DNA of 38,527 bases from a virus (Duplodnaviria > Caudoviricetes). Below are positions 25,556 to 34,571 of the stretch, piece by piece. Positions within the stretch are counted from its first letter, which is position 1, and the number at the start of each line of letters is the position of its first letter. The DNA lies in the IMG/VR virus record IMGVR_UViG_3300044507_000081, positions 1 to 38,527 of that record; one strand, 5' to 3'. Both the position numbers and the translations under genes were made by a program. The notes under the pieces were generated by a model. The model searched no databases and was not told where the DNA came from. It worked only from the letters and a program-made list of their open reading frames with translations.

Positions 25556-26025
25556 TGCCGACCCTCGCGCCTCCTCGCCTGGGCGGGGCCTACGCCTTCC
25601 TCTTGCGCGGGGGCGTGTCCGGTAAGGCCCTCATGCAACTGACCGAGGCGCACCTGAACGACGAGATCGCAAAGCGCATGGCGCGGGTGGTCGAGTTCGT
25701 CGCGGGGAAGGCCAAGGCGCGGGTCATCGGGAAGCGGGCGTCGAACCCGCCCTACCTCCTGGGCGTCGTCTCGGGGCGCCTGCGCCAGAGCATCGGGGCG
25801 AAGGTGACGCGCACCCCCGAGGGCGTCCAGGGGAAGGTTGGCACCAGGGTCGTCTATGCCGCGATCCACGAGTTCGGGGGGAAGACGAAGCAGGGCGGGG
25901 TCATTCCCGCGCGCCCGTATCTGGGGCCCGCCCTCGCGGAGTCGCGGCAGATGATCGTCGAGGAACTCGGGGACGCCTACGTCGCCACCCTGCGGCGGGC
26001 GAAGACCGAGGCGGGGGTCGCATGA
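25555..26025 (+). CDS. HK97 gp10-like / virion morphogenesis (neck) protein
   Basis: 'SGRLRQSI', 'VGT.V.YAAIHEFGG', 'IPARPYL.PA'. Confidence 0.8.
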   Translation: MPTLAPPRLGGAYAFLLRGGVSGKALMQLTEAHLNDEIAKRMARVVEFVAGKAKARVIGKRASNPPYLLGVVSGRLRQSIGAKVTRTPEGVQGKVGTRVVYAAIHEFGGKTKQGGVIPARPYLGPALAESRQMIVEELGDAYVATLRRAKTEAGVA

Positions 26026-26966
26026 CCGACTACTACATTCGCCCCGCCTCGAACGCCGCCCCGAATCAGAACCCCGTCGTGGGCGCGGCCCAATCCTGGG
26101 ACGCGGTCAACGATCCCAAGAGCACCCCGGACCAAGACGCCTCCTACATCAAACTCGCCATCGCGGGGAACGTCGACGCCTGGGGCCTCGAACCCTCGGA
26201 CATTGCGCTGATCCCCCCGGCGGAGGAGATCGTTTCCGTCTCGCCCTTCTCCCTGGTGTCTGGGCCTGGGGGCGACCCGGAGGTGAACGGCACCCTGTTC
26301 TCCATGGGCCTGCGCCTGGGCGGATCGGAGTTGTACGGCACGGCCCTCCAGTCCATCGCCCAGGATCCCTACACGGATTTCAACTTCGACCCGCAAACCA
26401 CGGATCCTTTGCGCGGCCTCGCCTGGTCGAGGGGATTCCTCTACTCGACTCGACTCCTCATCAGGACCGACACCCCGGCGCAGACCATTCCCGCCTCTCG
26501 ATGCACCCAGGCGCTGGTGAAGGTCACCACCCAGGCGGGGCGCAGCAAGTTGCGCTCGATCCTCTCGGAGATCGTCGGCCTCCTCTCGCAGACCTCGGTT
26601 GTCACCCTGGGCGTGGGAAACGATCTCATGGGGTGGTGGGAACTCCCCGAGGGGAAGGTCCCCGCCTGCTACGTGGTCCTCCCCGAGGAGGCGAAGATGC
26701 GGTCGCCAATGCGGTCCAAGGAAGGCACCGCGGTCTTCGCCCTCGCCACCTGCATCAGGGAGGGGAACGGTCTCGAGCCGTTCCTCGACTTCTACCAGGA
26801 GGTCGAGGCGAAGATTGAGGCGGACCCCTCCCTCGGGGGCCTCGCCCTCGACTCCGTCGTCCAGGGTTTCGCGGGCCTGACCACGAGTGCTACTATCGCG
26901 GGGAAGGTGCATGTGGCCGACATTCTCCTGGCGGTGACCTACCGCCACACAATGGGGGCGCCGTGA
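26022..26966 (+). CDS. putative tail terminator with an N-terminal extension
   Basis: Position before the tail tube; C-terminal 'IEADPSLGGLA'. Confidence 0.55.
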   Translation: MTDYYIRPASNAAPNQNPVVGAAQSWDAVNDPKSTPDQDASYIKLAIAGNVDAWGLEPSDIALIPPAEEIVSVSPFSLVSGPGGDPEVNGTLFSMGLRLGGSELYGTALQSIAQDPYTDFNFDPQTTDPLRGLAWSRGFLYSTRLLIRTDTPAQTIPASRCTQALVKVTTQAGRSKLRSILSEIVGLLSQTSVVTLGVGNDLMGWWELPEGKVPACYVVLPEEAKMRSPMRSKEGTAVFALATCIREGNGLEPFLDFYQEVEAKIEADPSLGGLALDSVVQGFAGLTTSATIAGKVHVADILLAVTYRHTMGAP

Positions 26967-27139
26967 AGATCGCATACGTCGGGAGCATGGGAGAGGCCGT
27001 TCTCGTGGACGGGCGCGTGGTGAAGAGGGGCGATCCGTTCGAGGTGGACGAGGACCTCGGCGGGCGCCTCCTGGAGCAGACCGAGAACTATCAACCGGTG
27101 GAGGCGGAGGCCAAACCCGCCGCCCGCAAGGGGAGGTAG
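26963..27139 (+). CDS. 58-aa virion-region protein (not in the ORF track)
   Basis: GTGA overlap; MKIAYVGSMGEAVLVDGRVVKRGDPFEVDEDLGGRLLEQ... Confidence 0.65.
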   Translation: MKIAYVGSMGEAVLVDGRVVKRGDPFEVDEDLGGRLLEQTENYQPVEAEAKPAARKGR

Positions 27140-27142
27140 CAC

Positions 27143-28096
27143 ATGGGCGCAGGGAGAAACGCACACATCGGGTGGGCCGAGGAATCGACCTGGGGAACCT
27201 CCACGACCCCGACCAAGTTCGCGGAACTCGTCTCGGAATCCCTGGGCGTCGGGCGCGACCGCGAGGCGGTCCCCGTCACCCGCGACCTCTACGAGAGGGA
27301 GGGGAGGATCTACGACGCGAAGTTCTACGGCGCCGGGTCCTTCGCCATCGAGGCCTCCTACGAGGGCCTCCTCCGCCTCCTGGAGCACACCTGGGGCGCC
27401 TCGGTCGACGCCCTGGTGTCGGGAACGCAGTACTCCCACACCATGGACGTGCAGGCGGGCGAGATCAAGGCGGGGAAGGGCCTGTCGCTCTCCGTGTTCA
27501 AGGACATCACCCTCGCCCACCGCTACGTCGGGGCGAAGATCAACCGCCTGAAGATCTCGGCGGCGCCCGAGAGGAACGTGCAGTTCGAGTTTGACGTGGT
27601 CGCGAAGGACGTCGTCGAGATCGCCGAGACCTCCCCGACCTTCCCAGGGTCAACCCTCTACTGCGCGGGGCACCAGACCACGGTGGAGATCGACGACGCG
27701 GTCCAGGCGGGCGTGACGGCCTGCGATCTCACGATCGACAACGGCCTCGACGACGGGCGGCGCGGCCTGGGGTCGAAGAACATCATCGAGCCGGTTCGCG
27801 GGGGCACGCGCCCGAGCATCACGGGGACCATGGTCCTCGACGCGACCCAGGCCCTGTGGCAGAAGGCGGAGGCTGGGACCCTGTTCAAACTCGAATTGAT
27901 CTGCACCGGCCCCGCCCTCGCGCCCTCGAACTACTCGTTCGCAATCACCGCCCTCAAGTGCATCATGACCGAGGACCCGGTGAAGATCGAAGGCCCCGGA
28001 ATCGTCAAGGCCTCTCTCGCGTTCAAGGTTCTGAAGCCCGCCTCGGGCCTCATGCTGAACCTGGTGGTCAAGAACACCGAAACCGCCGTCGCCTAG
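27143..28096 (+). CDS. major tail tube protein
   Basis: 'EESTWGT', 'Y.GAKINRLKIS', 'LTIDNGL', 'ITGTM'; position before the chaperone and tape measure genes. Confidence 0.8.
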   Translation: MGAGRNAHIGWAEESTWGTSTTPTKFAELVSESLGVGRDREAVPVTRDLYEREGRIYDAKFYGAGSFAIEASYEGLLRLLEHTWGASVDALVSGTQYSHTMDVQAGEIKAGKGLSLSVFKDITLAHRYVGAKINRLKISAAPERNVQFEFDVVAKDVVEIAETSPTFPGSTLYCAGHQTTVEIDDAVQAGVTACDLTIDNGLDDGRRGLGSKNIIEPVRGGTRPSITGTMVLDATQALWQKAEAGTLFKLELICTGPALAPSNYSFAITALKCIMTEDPVKIEGPGIVKASLAFKVLKPASGLMLNLVVKNTETAVA

Positions 28097-28113
28097 CAGG
28101 CGCAGGAGGACCA

Positions 28114-28521
28114 ATGTCTCAGGAGGACCCCGCACTTCTCACCGCCGCCGACCTCCTCGCCCAGGCGAGGAAGACCGTCGAGATCTCCGATGGGCGCCAT
28201 GTCGTGATCCGGCGGATCTCCCCCGCCGATTTCGTGGTCGCCACCAAGGGCCTCCCCGATCTCTCGGCCCTCGCCCTCACCGTCCAGGAAGCCACGCCCG
28301 AGAAGGTCGCGGGCCTGGAGGAAGTGTTCACCATGATGGGCCGCATTGTGACGGCGGCCCTCGTCTCCCCGCGCCTCGCGCGCCCAGGGGAGGGAGAGCC
28401 GACCTACCAGGACTTCTCCCTGGACGACCTGCGCGTGATCTACGTCGCCGCCCTGGAGTTCGCGGGCCTCTCTCGTTCGGAGGCGGGAGAGGTCCTCCCT
28501 TTGTCCAAAACCAGCGGTTGA
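28114..28521 (+). CDS. tail assembly chaperone (gpG-like)
   Basis: RBS AGGAGG; lies between tube and tape measure; ends at a slippery site. Confidence 0.75.
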   Translation: MSQEDPALLTAADLLAQARKTVEISDGRHVVIRRISPADFVVATKGLPDLSALALTVQEATPEKVAGLEEVFTMMGRIVTAALVSPRLARPGEGEPTYQDFSLDDLRVIYVAALEFAGLSRSEAGEVLPLSKTSG

Positions 28522-28685
28522 TGGAAGGCCTCGACTCGTTGGCGCAGAGGTACGGCATCAGGCCTTCGGAGTTCCTCGGGTTCCAGAACGGCTTTGCGGC
28601 CCTCTGCGTTGACATGTGGGCGCACAACTGGGGAGTCCAAAGGGACGCCATGCTGGTTCGACAAAGCAGGAAGCGGGGTGAGTAG
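28497..28685 (+). other. -1 programmed frameshift site C CCT TTG and gpGT-like extension ORF
   Basis: X XXY YYZ heptamer at 28497-28503 in the correct phase; the -1 frame is open (FVQNQRLMEGLDSLAQRYGIRPSE...) to TAG 28683-28685, abutting the tape measure start. Confidence 0.75.
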
Positions 28686-30695
28686 GTGAGCGGCGGGGTG
28701 GACACCCACAAACTGGAGATCCTCATCGAGGCGAAGAACAAGGCCTCCGCCGCCCTGGAGTCTGTCGGCCTCTCCCTGGGCGGGGTCGCCGCCGCTGCCG
28801 CTGCCGCCGCCGCCCTCCTCGCGGGGTTCGTGCATGTCATGAGCGAGGGGATCGCCAAGGCCTCCGAGGAAGAGCAGGCTCAGATGAAACTCGCCTTCGC
28901 CCTCGCCTCCGTGGGCGCGGGGGGGAAGCAGGCGCGCGAGGACATGTTCGCGTTCGTCGAGAGCCTGGAGACCTCGACCACCGTCGCGGACACCACGATC
29001 TACAAGATCTCCTCCCTCCTCGCGGTCCTCGGGCGCCTCTCGGGCGAGTCCCTCAAGCGCGCCACCAGGGCGGTCCTGGACTTCTCCTACGCCACGGGGA
29101 AGGACGCCGAGACCGCCGCCTTCGCGTTTGCAAAGGCGGCCCAGGGGAACATGACCGCCCTCCAGCGACTCGGCCTGCGGGTCACCGCGACCGGAGATCG
29201 GGTGGCGGACTTCAACTCCCTGCTGAAAAAGGTCGAGGGCAATATGACGGGCGCGGCGGGGATCGCGCTCAAGACCTACCAGGGCGCCATCGACTCGGTC
29301 GGGATCCGGTGGGAGCGCCTGCTGAAAACCCTCGGGCGCGCGGTGACGGAGAATCAGGCGGTCCGGGACGCGATCTTCGCCTTCGCCCGCCTCCTGGAGA
29401 GCCTGACCTCGTGGATAGAGTCCCACCGCGAGACCTTCGACAAGTTGATCACCCTCTTCGCCCGCGTGGCGGAGGCCACGCTCAACGCGGCGGTGAAAAC
29501 CGGGACGTTCGTCTCCACCTGGAGCCGGTGGATCCCGGTCGTCGGGAAGGGGGTCCAGGCCCTCGACGTTCTCAACCTGCTCATGGGGAAGACGGCGACC
29601 TCGACGGTCAAGGCCGCCGACGCCGTGGATACCCTCGGGGCCGGACTGACCGGCCTGGGGCAGGAGTCGGAACTGTCCTCCCTCGACCAGGCGTTGAAAA
29701 AGGTCGGGGCGCAGACGGGCGCCGAGTTCGAGCAGAAGTTGAAAGACGTCAATGCGGCGCTCACCATGCTCGACAAGGAGGAGCTCACCGGCACGCTGAG
29801 TCCGATGACTTACAAGGCCCTGCGGAACTCCCTGGAGGGTGTGCAGAAGCAACTCCAGGACCTCATGATGCCCATAGAGGAGATCAAAGGTGACGAGGGG
29901 TTCCCTGCGGTTGGGGACGAAATCCAGGGCCTCGCGGACCTCGGCCTCCCGACGATCAAGGCCCTGAACGACGAGTTGGAAGCAATCGCGATGGCCTTCG
30001 AGCAGATCAAGGGCGGCCCCGCCCTGGGCCTTTTGGACCCTGCCGCCGCCGAGAGGATGAACGAGCAACTCCTCGGGGTGATCGACAACCTGCGGCAGAT
30101 GGGGGTGGCGGTCGTCTCCCCCTTCACCCAGGCCGAGGAGCTAATGCTCTCCATTGAGCAGGGTATGCGCGGGGTCCTGATGGACTCCGCCATGGCCTTT
30201 GGTGACACCCTCGCCGCCGCCATGACCGGCGCCGCCGTCGACTGGCGGCAGTTCGCGATTCAGGTCATTCGTGACCTTATCGGTATGATCCTGAAGGCGA
30301 TCATCTTCCGGGCGATCATGTCGTTCATGGGGGGGTTGTTCGGCCCTGGGGCAGAGGGAGGGGAGGCGGCGGCGGTGAACGCCCTCCCTGACCCCCTCCA
30401 CGCGGCCCCAGGAGGCCAAATCGCGGGCGGCATCCTCGGGAGGGACTCGGTGCGCGCCCTCCTGATGCCGGGCGAGGTTGTCCTCCCTGCGCGCCTGCGA
30501 GGGGACTTCCAGGCGATCTCGGACTTCGCCCGCAGGGTGAAGGACGGCGGCGGCGACATGGGCGCCCCGACCTACATCTCGAACCGCATCGAGGCGGGGA
30601 ACCGCAGGGAGAAGGCGGTCGCCCTTGTGGAGGAGATCAACTCTCTGGTGGAGCGCCACGGTTTCCGCCTGGTCGCCTCCGAGGTCGTCGCCTGA
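28686..30695 (+). CDS. tail tape measure protein (669 aa)
   Basis: 'LEILIEAKNKAS', Ala-rich helical sequence, C-terminal 'GG...GRDSVRALLMPGEVV'. Confidence 0.85.
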   Translation: MSGGVDTHKLEILIEAKNKASAALESVGLSLGGVAAAAAAAAALLAGFVHVMSEGIAKASEEEQAQMKLAFALASVGAGGKQAREDMFAFVESLETSTTVADTTIYKISSLLAVLGRLSGESLKRATRAVLDFSYATGKDAETAAFAFAKAAQGNMTALQRLGLRVTATGDRVADFNSLLKKVEGNMTGAAGIALKTYQGAIDSVGIRWERLLKTLGRAVTENQAVRDAIFAFARLLESLTSWIESHRETFDKLITLFARVAEATLNAAVKTGTFVSTWSRWIPVVGKGVQALDVLNLLMGKTATSTVKAADAVDTLGAGLTGLGQESELSSLDQALKKVGAQTGAEFEQKLKDVNAALTMLDKEELTGTLSPMTYKALRNSLEGVQKQLQDLMMPIEEIKGDEGFPAVGDEIQGLADLGLPTIKALNDELEAIAMAFEQIKGGPALGLLDPAAAERMNEQLLGVIDNLRQMGVAVVSPFTQAEELMLSIEQGMRGVLMDSAMAFGDTLAAAMTGAAVDWRQFAIQVIRDLIGMILKAIIFRAIMSFMGGLFGPGAEGGEAAAVNALPDPLHAAPGGQIAGGILGRDSVRALLMPGEVVLPARLRGDFQAISDFARRVKDGGGDMGAPTYISNRIEAGNRREKAVALVEEINSLVERHGFRLVASEVVA

Positions 30696-30958
30696 TGGCC
30701 TCGCGCACGCTCGAGGAACTCGCCCAGGAGATCGCCACCCTGCGGCGGCAGGTGCAGGCCGCCGCGAAGACCGCCGACGTCCTCCAGGGGGAGTCGGACC
30801 CAGGGGTGGTTGCCACCGGCCCGCTGCGGTTCAAGGGCGGCGCGGTATACTCGGTCGCGATGGATCCCTCGACGGGCGGCGCGGCGGTGGACGTGAGGGC
30901 GGTCAGGACCTTCGCCGTGGAGTTCGTGTTCGGGACCGCACAAGCGACATTCTCATAG
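30695..30958 (+). CDS. small tail-region protein
   Basis: TGATG coupling with the tape measure gene. Confidence 0.6.
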   Translation: MASRTLEELAQEIATLRRQVQAAAKTADVLQGESDPGVVATGPLRFKGGAVYSVAMDPSTGGAAVDVRAVRTFAVEFVFGTAQATFS

Positions 30959-30968
30959 GAGAGAGACC

Positions 30969-31412
30969 ATGATTCGAGCAGGTATGGTGCAGGCGGTGTC
31001 GGCGGCGGCGGCCACGGCGTTCAACCGCATCGAACTGAACCCCGCCGACGTGATCCTCCTCTCCGAGGTGGGGATCTCCCACGACGGCGCGGCGAACGAC
31101 ACGAACAACCCGGTCCGCTACCAGGTGCAGCGCCTCTCGACGGTGGGCACCGGCAGCGCGGGAACCGTGGTGAAGATGAGCAAGGACAAGTCCTCCTCCC
31201 TGGGGACGACCGCCTTGATCAACAACACCGCGGACGGGTCCCTCTCCGACGCGGTCCACACGTGGTTCGTGCCGATCGTGGCGGGGATCGTGTGGGTGGC
31301 CGCGCCGAATCAGGAGGTGGACTGTCAGGCCGCCGAGTTCCTCGCGGTCAAGAACATGGCGGCCCTCCCCGCGTCGAGATCCGCCGCCGTCTACGTGGTG
31401 TTCAAGGAATAG
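30969..31412 (+). CDS. tail-region beta-rich protein
   Basis: RBS AGGAGAG; codon bias. Confidence 0.7.
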   Translation: MIRAGMVQAVSAAAATAFNRIELNPADVILLSEVGISHDGAANDTNNPVRYQVQRLSTVGTGSAGTVVKMSKDKSSSLGTTALINNTADGSLSDAVHTWFVPIVAGIVWVAAPNQEVDCQAAEFLAVKNMAALPASRSAAVYVVFKE

Positions 31413-31423
31413 CAGGAGGCCCG

Positions 31424-31705
31424 ATGATCGCCCTCGTCCGCCATGCGCGGTTCGGGGTGCCTGGGGCCGGTCATGTGTTCCTAGAGGTCCGCCGCCTCCA
31501 CGACACCACCAAGCAGCGAGAGAACAAGACCTTTCAGTTCATGCGCCGGGTGGTCGGCGGCCTCGGCCTCGGGGCCGTCTCCACCCGGAACTTCTCCTCG
31601 ATTCACGAGGCCTTCCGGTATTGGGACTCCGAGGTCGCGAAGATGACCGACCAGGGGTTTCCCCGGCAGGACCTGAAAATGGTGGGGTTCCGAGAGGAGG
31701 GGTAG
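31424..31705 (+). CDS. small hypothetical protein
   Basis: RBS AGGAGG. Confidence 0.6.
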   Translation: MIALVRHARFGVPGAGHVFLEVRRLHDTTKQRENKTFQFMRRVVGGLGLGAVSTRNFSSIHEAFRYWDSEVAKMTDQGFPRQDLKMVGFREEG

Positions 31706-31708
31706 CAG

Positions 31709-33112
31709 GTGGGGACGCGCTTCTACTTCGACTCCGCCGCCGCCGCCGAGGTCTCCCCCGCTTACGACCTCGGGTGGAACTACTCCGCCGAGGCCTCCCG
31801 CTACCGACTCAACCTCGGCAAGAAGTCCTCCGCCATGGCGACGGGGGCGCGCATCGGCCCCTGGACTCCCGACTCCACCGCCCTTGACCGGCAGTTCGTT
31901 TCGAAGCCACTCGACGCCGGGGTCGTCTTCACCTCGGGCGGCAGCGCCGTAAAGGGGCGCATGCGCGGGGCCGAGTTCGCCGTCTCGGACAACGCCTACC
32001 CCGCGTGGAAGATCTTTGTCGCCAACCGCGCGGGGACAAAGCAGGCCTACCTCTACGATGGGTCCTCCTCCCTGGAGTTCTCGACCGCCCTCACGAACCG
32101 CAACCCGTTCGCGGCAGGCGGGGGTCTGTGCCTAGCGAACTACACCACGGCCCAGGGCGACCGTCTCGTGGTGGAGGTTGGGTACATGGACGTCTCGGGG
32201 ACCACCCCCGAGGCCAACTCGCGCTTCGGGGACGCCGCCGCCTCCGATCTTCCCGAGGACGAGTCCTCGACCAACGACTACAACCCCTGGGTCGAGTTCC
32301 CGCAGGCGATCACCGAGGAGGTGGTCGGCGCCGCGCCGCCGCCCTTCGTGATGCGATACCCCGAACCGGATCCGCCTGCGCCTCTCCTCTCGCAGCGGGC
32401 GGCGTTCTTCGGGCCGAAGTGGAATCAGGTGCCGCCCCCTGCGGTCTTGGCGGTGGCGGTGGTGGTCCTCCCAGGCGCCGAAGAGGCGCCGACCCTTCTC
32501 GGCCTCTCCCCCGTTTTCTATGGGCCGAACTTCCCACCGCCGCCTCCGGCCTCTCCGGTCATCGCCCCGCACGTCTTCCTCCCGCCATGGGCCGATCCAG
32601 AAGAGGCCGCGCGGATCGCGCCCTTTGTCTTCCCCGTCATGCGCCGACCCGCCGCCGCGCCTGGGCCTGCAAGCCCGGTCCTCGCGGTCGCGGTCGCGCG
32701 CGTGTTGATCGACGACGACGCCCTCGACTTCCTCCCCGAGGCGTTCGAGCGCGGGTTCGTGGGGCCGGTGTGGTTCCCGATCAAGTGGGCCGACTACCCC
32801 AACGCGGCGGGGCAGAAGACCTACCTCTACATCGACCCGGCGTGGTTCTCCCCTGCCGCGACCTGGACGTTCGAGACGGTGATGCGCGCCTCCGCCGCAG
32901 ACCTGTGGGCCTACGCGCGCCTCCTGGACCCGGACGGATACCAGGTGGGGCCGGTCCTCGCCTCCCTGGGGTCAACCTTGACGCGCGTCGTCTCGCCCCC
33001 TCTCTCTCTCCCGAGGGCGGGCCTCTACACCGTGCAGGGCGGCAAGACGTTCCAGGGGATCAACTACGTCTACCTGATGCGCGCATCCCTGCGCGCCGTG
33101 GTGTCCTCGTGA
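31709..33112 (+). CDS. putative minor tail protein with a central Pro-rich repeated region
   Basis: RBS GAGGAGG; beta-rich end domains flanking a P/V/A/F-rich region. Confidence 0.7.
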   Translation: MGTRFYFDSAAAAEVSPAYDLGWNYSAEASRYRLNLGKKSSAMATGARIGPWTPDSTALDRQFVSKPLDAGVVFTSGGSAVKGRMRGAEFAVSDNAYPAWKIFVANRAGTKQAYLYDGSSSLEFSTALTNRNPFAAGGGLCLANYTTAQGDRLVVEVGYMDVSGTTPEANSRFGDAAASDLPEDESSTNDYNPWVEFPQAITEEVVGAAPPPFVMRYPEPDPPAPLLSQRAAFFGPKWNQVPPPAVLAVAVVVLPGAEEAPTLLGLSPVFYGPNFPPPPPASPVIAPHVFLPPWADPEEAARIAPFVFPVMRRPAAAPGPASPVLAVAVARVLIDDDALDFLPEAFERGFVGPVWFPIKWADYPNAAGQKTYLYIDPAWFSPAATWTFETVMRASAADLWAYARLLDPDGYQVGPVLASLGSTLTRVVSPPLSLPRAGLYTVQGGKTFQGINYVYLMRASLRAVVSS

Positions 33113-33459
33113 GGTGGCTCGGGTGGTTTTGGGACAAGGAAGAACTCCGCGTGGTCGAGGGCGATTGGGACGGCCTCCCCGACAAAGGCGTCCTGAAGTT
33201 GATCGCCGTGAACTTCGACGGCCTCTCCCTGGAGATCTCGGGGTTCGACCGCTACTACTACAACGGCACCACCCTCGGCGGAGTGACGGACGGCCCCTCG
33301 CCGTGGCCTCGCGGCGCGCACTTCTCCTGCGGCCCAGGTCGGCGCATCGCGCACGCCGAGGGAGAGAGGGGCCGACCCGAGAACATCCCAGGCGGAGCGC
33401 CCTTCAAGCACGGCGCCACCTGCCCCGATGAAATCGCGCGCGCGGTCGGGATCCTGTGA
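33109..33459 (+). CDS. hypothetical protein
   Basis: GTGA overlaps on both sides; 'WDGLPDKGV' motif. Confidence 0.6.
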   Translation: MRWLGWFWDKEELRVVEGDWDGLPDKGVLKLIAVNFDGLSLEISGFDRYYYNGTTLGGVTDGPSPWPRGAHFSCGPGRRIAHAEGERGRPENIPGGAPFKHGATCPDEIARAVGIL

Positions 33460-34571
33460 CGGTCGCCTCCTGGGCCTGGGGGCTCACCAATGTCGAGGCC
33501 GACCCTCCCTACAACCGGATGGAAGGCCTCCGCAACATGGCGGGCCGGAGGTGGTTCAAGGCCGGGTTCACCCTTCTGCGCGTCGACGTTCCAGCCTCGG
33601 ACGTCCCTATGGATTGGTACTGGTACTCGGCGCCCGGCGAACCGGGGATTTCCTACTGGCCGGTGCGCCCACTGGAGAACCTGGTGTGGGAGGTGGGCCT
33701 CTACGTCTCCCAGGCCCTCACGGGTTGCTACCTTTTCGCCCAGGCGCAGAGGGTGGACGCTTCGGGACAGTTCATCGCGAACGCCTCGGCGCCGGAGGAG
33801 GTCCTCCTCGACACGCCCGGAGTCGTGTCTGTCGTCATGGGCGCCGGTCTGGAGCAGGCCGCCGCCTACGGCGACCGGGTCCGCCTCCTGATGCGGTTCC
33901 ACCGCGCCTCGAAGTCTGCGGGCGCTGTGGTACTTTGGCTTCGGAACGAGGCCACCACGTTCCTGCGGAGTCCGCTGCCGATGGCAAATCCCAAGATCGT
34001 CTACGATGGAAAGACCCTCTCGTTCCCTCAACCCCTCTCCGCGTATCGCCTGCGCCCGCGCACGGGGCGGATCCTCTCCTGGTCGGAGGCCTCGGTCGCG
34101 GCGACCCGAACGCACTCCGCCTGGGACGAGGCGGAGATTGAGGTCGCGCGGTTCGCGGAGGAGTCGTTCTACAACGACCTGCGCGCCTGGTGGTCCTGGG
34201 CGCGGCGCGGGAAGCAATACGCCTTCGCCCTCGACTCCTCGGAGGTGCAAGACGCCCTCTCATCGGCCGCCTCCGTCGCGGGAGGCGGCGCGATCTACGT
34301 CTCGAACACCTCGGGGTTTGTGCAGGGGAAGCCCTACGTCGTGCGGCGCGCGGACGGCATGGCGGAGGAGATCATCGTCCCGACTTCCATCTCGACGAAC
34401 GCCTCTCTGAACCTCGCTCCCGCCACCCTCAAGTTCGACTACCCCGCCGCGTCGATCGTGCGGTCGCCCGACTATTTCCCGAAGGTCGTGTCCCTCGACG
34501 ACGAACTCCCCTGCGCGCGCGAGGTGACGACCTGGACCCTCGCCCACAAGTTCCGGGAGGACAAGGGTTGA
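33456..34571 (+). CDS. putative distal tail/minor tail protein
   Basis: Position, GTGA coupling and codon bias. Confidence 0.6.
   Translation: MTVASWAWGLTNVEADPPYNRMEGLRNMAGRRWFKAGFTLLRVDVPASDVPMDWYWYSAPGEPGISYWPVRPLENLVWEVGLYVSQALTGCYLFAQAQRVDASGQFIANASAPEEVLLDTPGVVSVVMGAGLEQAAAYGDRVRLLMRFHRASKSAGAVVLWLRNEATTFLRSPLPMANPKIVYDGKTLSFPQPLSAYRLRPRTGRILSWSEASVAATRTHSAWDEAEIEVARFAEESFYNDLRAWWSWARRGKQYAFALDSSEVQDALSSAASVAGGGAIYVSNTSGFVQGKPYVVRRADGMAEEIIVPTSISTNASLNLAPATLKFDYPAASIVRSPDYFPKVVSLDDELPCAREVTTWTLAHKFREDKG

Noticed and set aside
24965-31711. TAG stops followed in frame by the next gene (24967, 27139, 28685, 31705), suggesting amber readthrough or recoding
   Set aside because: About as many TAG junctions are out of frame (9156, 11178, 18417, 28096, 30958, 36214), no suppressor tRNA is seen, and conserved genes are intact under the standard code.
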